A stretch of DNA of 64,000 nt from assembly GCA_023898665.1 (NCBI GenBank), contig CP060233.1, forward strand, positions 612,368 to 676,367. Direction: 5' to 3'. Position 1 is the first letter of the stretch, and each line of letters begins with the position of its first letter. The notes below the pieces were generated by a model that did not search any database, was not told the origin of the DNA, and saw nothing but the letters and a program-made list of their open reading frames with translations. Source of the DNA: Candidatus Nomurabacteria bacterium (lineage in GTDB: Bacteria; Patescibacteriota; Saccharimonadia; Saccharimonadales; HK-STAS-PATE-42). The position numbers and the translations under genes were made by a program. Shown here piece by piece: positions 55,701 to 62,821 of the stretch.

Positions 55701-56435
55701 ATGATGAGCGGAAGAGCAGAAGTACCTGAAGCAGCAGTAGCGGATCTAAGATCAGTTGGATTCCCTTTGCTTGATGAGGTTGATGGAGATAAGCTGGTCA
55801 GAATTACAAACCACCCACATGGCAGAGAGGGAATTATTGAAGCTAGGCATTTTATGCCTATGGGCTACGATCTCTCTGACGTGCAGCTTGCAATGAGACA
55901 GAGCAATAGAGACTTTACTGATAGCGAACATTTCAAAGGCGTGGTCTCAAGCTACCTAGGACCACACGCAATGAGACTAAGTTCTTCTATATTCAGCGAG
56001 CTAATTCTTAGAGCGGGGATTGATCGTTCTGCAAGAACTGCAGTTACTGCAGTGCGCATAGTACTAGACCAAGAGGAAGCGGGACATTTAGAGGCTGCCG
56101 TTTGGGAAGATGGCGAAAAGTATGATGATCCGCAAGCCATGATCGAAGCTTTATCTACAGATAGGTACAGAATACTCGGTGAACCGATAGGTAGGAGAGA
56201 CCGGGAAGTAGCTCCCGACTATAGTGGACCTATGGTCGTGCATGCAGTGACCACGGCAGTACAGGGACTTGGCGGCACTCTGAGTCTAATGAGTAAAGGC
56301 TTAAGGGTAGATGTGTGGTTTGACGCAGAAGCAGAAGAATTTAAGTTCGTGGCCGCAGAAGAATGCGCGGTTACTGCCGGCAACTTGATTACCGTTAAAT
56401 TTCCCAACCACAGTGAAGTCCCTCAGCCTGCTTAA
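55701..56435 (+). CDS. hypothetical protein, GC-rich island cargo
   Basis: 244 aa uninterrupted ORF rich in Ala, Arg, Glu and Val. No motif recognised. Its composition is clearly more GC-rich than the core genes. Confidence 0.5.
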   Translation: MMSGRAEVPEAAVADLRSVGFPLLDEVDGDKLVRITNHPHGREGIIEARHFMPMGYDLSDVQLAMRQSNRDFTDSEHFKGVVSSYLGPHAMRLSSSIFSELILRAGIDRSARTAVTAVRIVLDQEEAGHLEAAVWEDGEKYDDPQAMIEALSTDRYRILGEPIGRRDREVAPDYSGPMVVHAVTTAVQGLGGTLSLMSKGLRVDVWFDAEAEEFKFVAAEECAVTAGNLITVKFPNHSEVPQPA

Positions 56436-56497
56436 GCAAGCATCTTAATAGATAATATTCTGGATAATTGTATATTTGCTTTTTGAATTTGGCACTA

Positions 56498-56554
56498 TAA
56501 AACTACCACCTTGAATAACCCATACAACAAGTTTAAGTATATTTTGTAGAGTTA
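56498..56554. repeat. repeat R2, copy b
   Basis: Homologous to 53527-53583. The minus strand reads ITLQNILKLVVWVIQGGSFIVPNSKSKYTIIQNIIY* with its stop at 56445-56447 and no start codon upstream. Confidence 0.75.
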
Positions 56555-56643
56555 TAGATATTGTATCGAATACTGTTAAACGACTTCTATTACTTTTCTG
56601 TTAGTATTAACTCTAGTTAGGTTATTAAGCTAGAAAGGTTTTT

Positions 56644-57024
56644 ATGTCTAAGTATGTTGATGGTTTCGTATTAGTTGTCCCTAAAGATAAAAGAAAAGAG
56701 TATAAGAAGATGGCAGAGGAAGGTCGAGAATCTTGGATGAAGCATGGGGCTCTCCACTATTTTGAGTGTATTGGCGATGATTTGGGACAGCAAGAGATGG
56801 GTACAGAAAAATCACGCTCTTTTAAAGAAATGGCAGGAGCTGGAGACGATGATGACGTATGGTTTTCTTTTATCGTTTTTGAATCAAAGGCACAAAGAGA
56901 TGAGATAAATAAAAAAGTATTGGCCGAGATGGATGAAGCCTACAAAGTTAAGAGTGATTTTGTAAGCCCTTTTGAGATGAGTAAAATGGCCTATGGTGGA
57001 TTTGAGAGTGCAGTTGAAGGGTAG
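56644..57024 (+). CDS. DUF1428 family protein
   Basis: 126 aa. MSKYVDGFVLVVPKDKRKEYKKMAEEGRESWMKHGALHYFECIGDDL matches the DUF1428 N-terminal pattern as I remember it. Confidence 0.7.
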   Translation: MSKYVDGFVLVVPKDKRKEYKKMAEEGRESWMKHGALHYFECIGDDLGQQEMGTEKSRSFKEMAGAGDDDDVWFSFIVFESKAQRDEINKKVLAEMDEAYKVKSDFVSPFEMSKMAYGGFESAVEG

Positions 57025-57171
57025 GCGTTATAAATAACAATCTAAGTGTATGATAAGTTCATAAGAATACATGTTAAAGGAGATGATTTATGAAAAGCGA
57101 AAAAATATCCTGTTAAGTTTAATATTGACTATCCAGTTCAATTAGATAGATTTACAACCTTCTTTAGAATA

Positions 57172-57726
57172 TTGTGGAGTGTACCAATTTTAATCCTTTT
57201 ATCTATTTTAACTTCTTCAGGCAGAGAAGTCTTTGTAAATGAGGCAGGTAAGCAAATGACCACTAGTGGGGGTAGTATTGCTGGGGGGTTATCGGCCGCA
57301 ACCGCTCTTATGATAGTCTTTCGACAGAAATACCCTAAGTGGTGGTATAACTTTGCACTGGAGCTAAATAGGTTTATGGCAAGAGTTGGCGCTTATTTGC
57401 TTTTACTTACAGATAAGTATCCCTCTACAGATGAAAACCAGTCAGTATATTTAGATGTAGACTATCCTAATGTTGAAAAAGAATTAAATCGCTGGTTACC
57501 CTTAGTTAAGTGGTTATTGGCTATTCCGCATTACGTAGTTTTAATATTTTTATTAATCGGTGTATTCTTCTCAACCTTAATTGCCTGGTTTGTAATACTA
57601 TTTACCGGTAGATACCCTAGGGGTTTATTTGATTATGTAGTGGGGGTAGGACGGTGGATAATGCGCGTAAATGCCTATGCCTTTTTATTAACAACTGACG
57701 AGTATCCTCCATTCAGTTTGAAATAA
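57172..57726 (+). CDS. DUF4389 family membrane protein (5' part displaced by a frameshift)
   Basis: 184 aa from TTG. LAIPHYVVLIFL ... FTGRYPRGLFDYVVGVGRW ... YAFLLTTDEYPPFSL is typical of DUF4389. Conserved N-terminal sequence (YPVKFNIDYPVQLDRFTTFFRILW) continues upstream in the same frame without a start. An SD-preceded ATG at 57090 lies in the +1-shifted frame. Confidence 0.65.
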   Translation: MWSVPILILLSILTSSGREVFVNEAGKQMTTSGGSIAGGLSAATALMIVFRQKYPKWWYNFALELNRFMARVGAYLLLLTDKYPSTDENQSVYLDVDYPNVEKELNRWLPLVKWLLAIPHYVVLIFLLIGVFFSTLIAWFVILFTGRYPRGLFDYVVGVGRWIMRVNAYAFLLTTDEYPPFSLK

Positions 57727-57754
57727 CTAAAATAAAAAGGATTATACTTTAATT

Positions 57755-57937
57755 ATGGCAAAAGCAAGTAGTGGCTCTAGTGGAGCAGTTTACGGACTAG
57801 GTGTAATCGGTGCTCTTGTTTATTTTATGCAAGCAGCAACAAGTTTTGGTGATGTAATTTCGGGCATATTTAAGGCACTAGTTTGGCCGGCCTATGTTGT
57901 GTTTAAGTTCTTAGAGCTATTTTATGGGAAAGTTTAA
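57755..57937 (+). CDS. hypothetical small membrane protein
   Basis: 60 aa with two hydrophobic helices (VYGLGVIGALVYFMQ and ALVWPAYVVFKFL). Confidence 0.4.
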   Translation: MAKASSGSSGAVYGLGVIGALVYFMQAATSFGDVISGIFKALVWPAYVVFKFLELFYGKV

Positions 57938-57949
57938 AGCATAGCATTT

Positions 57950-58366
57950 ATGAATTCTCACGAATTGAACAAGATAGTTAATACTCCTGAACTTGACGTT
58001 GTAAGAGTTGTTTCTTTAAGGAATAACTCAAGTGAGGTTTTGTTAGTGCAAGAAGTTGATGATATCAACTGGAAGCTCCCAGGTGGAAAAATACATGAGG
58101 CTGAGACAATATTTGAAGCTTTTGAAAGAGAGATTGAAGAGGAGCTTGGATTTAAACCCACTCGAGAAATGATTGTTAACTACGTATCTGCTAATATTCC
58201 AGACAGTGAAAATATCAGACATATTTTTTTAATTAACGAAGTTGATGAGAGTTCAATAATACAGACAGAAGAGGTGGCAGAAGCTAGATATTTTAATCTT
58301 GAGGAGCTGCCTGAAACTAAGTTCTCTGGTCATATTTCATCTGCAGTCAAACTAATCATTAAATAA
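57950..58366 (+). CDS. NUDIX hydrolase
   Basis: 138 aa. Nudix box GGKIHEAETIFEAFEREIEEELGF. Confidence 0.8.
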   Translation: MNSHELNKIVNTPELDVVRVVSLRNNSSEVLLVQEVDDINWKLPGGKIHEAETIFEAFEREIEEELGFKPTREMIVNYVSANIPDSENIRHIFLINEVDESSIIQTEEVAEARYFNLEELPETKFSGHISSAVKLIIK

Positions 58367-58412
58367 TAAGCTATCATTTTTGTTATAATCAGCTAAAAAT
58401 AGCCCCTTATTT

Positions 58413-58487
58413 GCCGCCTTAGCTCAGTGGTAGAGCGCATCCATGGTAAGGATGAGGTCACGAGTTCAATCCTCGTAGGCGGCTCCA
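58413..58487 (+). tRNA. tRNA-Thr (anticodon GGU), CCA encoded
   Basis: Hand fold: acceptor GCCGCCT/AGGCGGC, D arm GCTC-AGTGGTA-GAGC, anticodon arm CATCC-ATGGTAA-GGATG, T arm ACGAG-TTCAATC-CTCGT. Confidence 0.9.
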
Positions 58488-58568
58488 ATTTGAATTTTTA
58501 TAGAAGTAGTAGAAAATGGGCTTCTGATCTGTTATAATAGAGTATTAAAGCTTAAAAAATTATTAAAG

Positions 58569-58781
58569 ATGGCAAAGAAGAGTAAAGGTAAGAAGTCTAG
58601 TAAAAGAAAGATTGTTGGTTTAGTCTGTGAAGAAAGCGGACACCGACATTACTACACTACTAAAGGACCGAATGTAACTGAAAAACTTAGGCTACGTAAA
58701 TATAACCCCGTTCTTAGAAAAATGACCTGGTACTTAGAGACCAAAAAGAACTTAGGTCGTAACGAAGCTCCTAAGCGATAA
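58569..58781 (+). CDS. rpmG: 50S ribosomal protein L33
   Basis: 70 aa. IVGLVCEESGHRHYYTTKGPNVTEKLRLRKYNPVLRKMTWYLETK follows the L33 pattern. The usual Cys pairs are absent, so this is a zinc-free type. Confidence 0.85.
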   Translation: MAKKSKGKKSSKRKIVGLVCEESGHRHYYTTKGPNVTEKLRLRKYNPVLRKMTWYLETKKNLGRNEAPKR

Positions 58782-58790
58782 TAAGTAAAG

Positions 58791-58812
58791 ACTCTCTAGC
58801 TAGAGAGTTTTT
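58791..58812. terminator. bidirectional hairpin terminator between rpmG and the PilB-like gene
   Basis: ACTCTC-TAGCTA-GAGAGT followed by TTTTT, overlapping the stop codon of the convergent gene. Confidence 0.5.
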
Positions 58813-60124
58813 ACTTACAAATATCGATTACGTCAGATAGATCAACTTCTTTTCTGAGTGCTTTTATTAGCCCATCTTCTCTTTTGCTCATCATTCCGGA
58901 CTGTAGAGCAAGACGATTTAATGTCTCAGCTGAGAGATTAGTGTTTCTGGCAAAAGTTCTTTTGAGGTAATCGTTTAGTTTAAGTACTTCAACTAAATTC
59001 GTCACTCCGCCATATTCTGATACTACTGGGAGTTCTAGATGTAATAACTCTTCTGGACTTTTGATACCAGCATGTGAGTATATTATCTTCCAAGACTCTG
59101 GTAATTCTAAGCCAAAAAAGTTTTCTAATTGAGAGATTATACTATTGTCTAGCTGATGATTCCCATTTGAGCTGGCAATTGTCTGGATTGGTGAAATAGA
59201 TGCTACCGTTTTTAACTCAAGTAAAAATTCATTTTTTACATCTTCAGGAATTAAGTTTATTACTCTTTTTAGAGATCCAGCGACTGATCCCTCTGACATA
59301 GCTATAACTACTAATTTTCCAGATACAGAAAGCTCATGTGCAATTTCTAGAGTATCTTTTGTGAGTACATCGACTAAGCAAACTACCCGAGGGTTAGAAG
59401 TTATTACTTGCTCTATAAACTTTTTAGTTAAAGAACTAACTTTTGTAAATATTCTATCGTGATTTTTAACCTCGGGTAGATTCATATAACTAGAATCAAA
59501 ACTTACTGATGCGATATTGTTTTGTTGTTTTAAATAGTTTAGACATGAGTTTATTAAAACTCTAAGATTATACGAATCTTTTGAGTCTATTAAAATAATT
59601 CCTTTTCTATAATCTAGTACTTCTTCAAGATCTTCTAATGATTTACCCCAAAAACCGCTATCCTCTAGGGTTTTATGAGATGAGTTAGAGCTTAAGTTGA
59701 TAATTAAATGGGAATTACCGTCTTCAATGTTTTGAATGTAAGTTAAATTTAATTTTTGACTATCAATACTTAAACTAGCAGTTTGGACTGGGTTTAAGTC
59801 TGATTTTTCTAGATTAGATGAGGTTTTAATAAAATCTAGTAATTCTTCTAGAATATTATTATTAAAGTTTTTGCCTGTTGGTTGTAGCTTACTGGATATC
59901 TCAAAAAAGCAGCCGTATGATTTATTGTTTGAATAGATATGAATAGAAGAGGCATCAGCTTTTTGGGATGTACTAATTAAGTTTAATATTAGAGCTTCAA
60001 TAGGATCAGAAGATACTACTCTTTTAGATCCTAAAGAAGTTTCAGACTGATTTGTATTATTTTTTTTGCCCACCAAAATAGATTTTTTCTCCACGTTATT
60101 ACTATATAGTTTAATACTTGTCAC
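58811..60124 (-). CDS. degenerate PilB/GspE-family protein lacking all NTPase motifs
   Basis: 437 aa. ADASSIHIYSNNKSYGCFFEI aligns with SASDIHFENARDFVRVRFRI of the PilB at 62807. Walker A GPTGSGKTTTL is replaced by DSKDSYNLRVL, VIMVGEIRD by VVCLVDVLTKD, and TGHLVLSTFHA by SGKLVVIAMSE. Confidence 0.6.
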   Translation of the reverse strand: MTSIKLYSNNVEKKSILVGKKNNTNQSETSLGSKRVVSSDPIEALILNLISTSQKADASSIHIYSNNKSYGCFFEISSKLQPTGKNFNNNILEELLDFIKTSSNLEKSDLNPVQTASLSIDSQKLNLTYIQNIEDGNSHLIINLSSNSSHKTLEDSGFWGKSLEDLEEVLDYRKGIILIDSKDSYNLRVLINSCLNYLKQQNNIASVSFDSSYMNLPEVKNHDRIFTKVSSLTKKFIEQVITSNPRVVCLVDVLTKDTLEIAHELSVSGKLVVIAMSEGSVAGSLKRVINLIPEDVKNEFLLELKTVASISPIQTIASSNGNHQLDNSIISQLENFFGLELPESWKIIYSHAGIKSPEELLHLELPVVSEYGGVTNLVEVLKLNDYLKRTFARNTNLSAETLNRLALQSGMMSKREDGLIKALRKEVDLSDVIDICK

Positions 60125-60248
60125 CCATGGGTTGCAACAGGGTAGAGATTATTGGTATAATCAAGAAACAAAGTTTTTTAAAAGTCCTGAGCTTGCTAAA
60201 GGATAATAAAAAAATAAATATCTTATATAAAAAAGAAGAGTTAAGAAG

Positions 60249-60674
60249 ATGAACCAAAAAGTATTAGAAGTTGCCAATAAATTTAAAAAACATGCTGTTG
60301 TGGATGTTAGAACTGGTGACGTTGTTAGGGTCAGCCAAAGGATTAAAGAAGGCTCAAAAGAGCGTGTCCAGGTTTTTGAAGGTCTAGTTATTCGAGTTAG
60401 AAACAAGAATGGAATTGCAAACTCAATTCTAGTAAGAAAACTCGCTAGTGGAGTCTGGGTCGAAAAAGGCTTTATGCTAAATGCTCCTAGTGTAGAAAAA
60501 GTAGAGGTTGTTAGACGTCAAAAAGTTAGAAGAAACTACCTAACTTATATGCGTGAGCGCGCTGGTAAGAATACTCGTCTCAAGAGCGCCACTAAGTTCG
60601 ATCACACCGCTGTAAATACTCTGCCAGAGAAGCCAGTAGAAAAAGTTGAGGAGCCAAAAGAGGAAGTGAACTAA
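60249..60674 (+). CDS. rplS: 50S ribosomal protein L19
   Basis: 141 aa. DVRTGDVVRVSQRIKEGSKERVQVFEGLVIRVRNKNG is typical of L19, here with a C-terminal extension. Confidence 0.9.
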   Translation: MNQKVLEVANKFKKHAVVDVRTGDVVRVSQRIKEGSKERVQVFEGLVIRVRNKNGIANSILVRKLASGVWVEKGFMLNAPSVEKVEVVRRQKVRRNYLTYMRERAGKNTRLKSATKFDHTAVNTLPEKPVEKVEEPKEEVN

Positions 60675-60678
60675 AATA

Positions 60679-61206
60679 ATGAATTTCCACGATATTTTAG
60701 AAACTGGAGATTATCAAAATGGTATCGTTAATACTGTTATCGAGATTCCTAAAGGTAGTGTTTTAAAGCTTGAGTACGAAGCTGAGAGAGGGTGCTTCTT
60801 TGTGGATAGAGTTGAGCCGAGTATTTTTCCTAAACCAGCCAACTATGGTTTTATCCCAAAGACCCTTGATGAGGACGGAGATGCCCTTGATACTTTAGTT
60901 GTCACAGTAGAACCTGTCCCAACTGGTGCTGTTATGGAAGTTAAGATTCTAGGAGTACTTAACTTCGAAGACGATGGAGAGATGGACTACAAGATTATTT
61001 GTGTAGCAAGTGATGATAGAACTGAGAATAAGAGGTTAGAATCTCTTGATGATCTTGGTGAACAATGGAAGAAGGAGGTTGAATTCCATTTTAACCACTA
61101 TAAAGACCTAAAGAAACCAGGTACAACAAAAGTTTTAGGTTACGGAGATGCTGAAGAAGCAAAAAAAATAATTGCTGAGAGCATCGAACGCTGGAACAAT
61201 AAGTAA
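60679..61206 (+). CDS. ppa: inorganic pyrophosphatase (family I)
   Basis: 175 aa. VIEIPKGSVLKLEYE, NYGFIPKTLDEDGDALD and FNHYKDL. Confidence 0.9.
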   Translation: MNFHDILETGDYQNGIVNTVIEIPKGSVLKLEYEAERGCFFVDRVEPSIFPKPANYGFIPKTLDEDGDALDTLVVTVEPVPTGAVMEVKILGVLNFEDDGEMDYKIICVASDDRTENKRLESLDDLGEQWKKEVEFHFNHYKDLKKPGTTKVLGYGDAEEAKKIIAESIERWNNK

Positions 61207-61251
61207 CTCTACTTGCATAATATAATACTAATATGATATAATAATAGTATT

Positions 61252-61653
61252 ATGAGTAACCAAGAATTCTATCCATACATAAAGGCACCTGGTGTAGTAC
61301 AAGATATAGGAGATAATGAACACGCTATTATAAGTAGACCTGTCCCAAAAAAAGGGGAATTCGCTACTAGTTGGGATTATGAAGAAGCTGTGTCACAGTA
61401 CCATAGAGAAAGATTAGAGCACGCAGCAACTAAATGTTTAGCACTAAGTATAAGAAACAATGGAGTTAACTCACTTACCCCTAATAGTTGTATTGCAGAA
61501 GGTTGTGGCCATTCAGTAAGTATGTCACAGCTTAAGTTTCAGCCAAATATGGAAATAGGATGCCCTCTCGGCCTCACAGCATCAGAACAACCAGTAGATA
61601 TTAAAGATAAAAATACTAACTTAAAGCTATCTGATCATAGACCATACCTCTAG
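61252..61653 (+). CDS. hypothetical protein
   Basis: 133 aa ORF with no recognisable motif. Confidence 0.4.
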   Translation: MSNQEFYPYIKAPGVVQDIGDNEHAIISRPVPKKGEFATSWDYEEAVSQYHRERLEHAATKCLALSIRNNGVNSLTPNSCIAEGCGHSVSMSQLKFQPNMEIGCPLGLTASEQPVDIKDKNTNLKLSDHRPYL

Positions 61654-61740
61654 TACCTTTATTAATCTCTCGCTTGATAACTTATCAGCTTAAGCGTTAT
61701 ACTTAAGGGTGTATAAGATTTATCTGATTGGTGGGAATAG

Positions 61741-62751
61741 ATGAAGACTCGAATTGCTATTAACGGATTTGGCCGAATTGGTAGAACGGCTTTTAAAATT
61801 GCTCATCGAAGGAGCGATATTGAGATAGTTGCTATTAATGATCTTGGAGATCCTAATGCTCTAGCTCATTTGCTAAAGCACGACTCGACTTATCATAACT
61901 ATAGTTGGTACAAAACTATTGAAGCTGGCGAAAAAGAGATTATTGTAGATGGTTTAAAGATTCCGGTTTATAGCGAAAAAGACCCTAATAATTTACCTTG
62001 GAAGAAGCTTGAAGTTGATATCGTTATAGAAAGCACTGGCTTTTTTACAGAGCCCAAAAAAGCAAAATCTCATTTAAAAGCTGGGGCCAAAAAAGTTATT
62101 ATTTCTGCTCCCTGCAAAGGTGAGGGAGCTAAGACTGTCATACTAGGAGTTAACGATGGTGATCTTAGAAAAGATGATGTGGTTATCTCAAATGGCAGCT
62201 GCACTACTAACTGCGTCGCTCCCGTCTTAAAGATTTTAGAAGATGCTTTTGGAGTTAAGAAGTCAATGATGACTACTGTTCATAGTTATACCAACTCGCA
62301 GAGTCTACAAGATGGTGCTAAAAAAGATTTAAGAGAATCAAGAGCTGCTAGTGAAAATATTGTTCCGACTTCTACTGGAGCATCAAAAGCAGTCGGGGCC
62401 GCAATGCCAGAGACTAATGGATTATTTAATGGCTTAAGCATCAGAGTTCCGAATCCAGTAGTAAGTTTAATTGACTTAACTTTAATTACTAAAAAGAAAG
62501 TTACTAAAGAAGAAGTTAACGAGACACTTATAAAAGCGGCTAGTCAAGCTAGATGGCAAGGAATTGTTACAACTACAGATGAGGAGCTAGTTTCTAGTGA
62601 TTTTATTGGGAATAGCCATTCAGCCATTGTCGACCTACCCCTTACTGACGTAGTTGATGGAGACCTGGTTAAAGTTGTTGCTTGGTACGACAACGAGTGG
62701 GGCTACAGTAATAGATTAGTTGAGATATGTGTTGATGCTAATAATCTTTAG
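61741..62751 (+). CDS. gap: glyceraldehyde-3-phosphate dehydrogenase
   Basis: 336 aa. INGFGRIGR, active site SNGSCTTNCVAP and WYDNEWGYS. Confidence 0.95.
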   Translation: MKTRIAINGFGRIGRTAFKIAHRRSDIEIVAINDLGDPNALAHLLKHDSTYHNYSWYKTIEAGEKEIIVDGLKIPVYSEKDPNNLPWKKLEVDIVIESTGFFTEPKKAKSHLKAGAKKVIISAPCKGEGAKTVILGVNDGDLRKDDVVISNGSCTTNCVAPVLKILEDAFGVKKSMMTTVHSYTNSQSLQDGAKKDLRESRAASENIVPTSTGASKAVGAAMPETNGLFNGLSIRVPNPVVSLIDLTLITKKKVTKEEVNETLIKAASQARWQGIVTTTDEELVSSDFIGNSHSAIVDLPLTDVVDGDLVKVVAWYDNEWGYSNRLVEICVDANNL

Positions 62752-62783
62752 ACTAACAATATCTAGCTAAGTATAATAATCAT

Positions 62784-62821
62784 AATAGAGTAATTTAATA
62801 CAACAATTAAATTACTCTATT
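62784..62821. terminator. perfect 16-bp inverted repeat between gap and pilB
   Basis: AATAGAGTAATTTAAT - ACAACA - ATTAAATTACTCTATT. The 3' arm is the last codons plus stop of pilB (NRVI*). Confidence 0.5.

Noticed and set aside
52677-56554. Integron-style gene cassettes (R1/R2 as attC sites)
   Set aside because: There is no integron integrase. R1 and R2 are not an imperfect inverted-repeat pair with RYYYAAC/GTTRRRY cores. R2 shows a codon-position substitution pattern, which indicates a coding relic.
60161-60406. 81-aa minus-strand ORF upstream of and overlapping rplS
   Set aside because: It overlaps the rplS start region and is antisense to conserved L19 coding sequence. Its sequence is low-complexity and hydrophobic.
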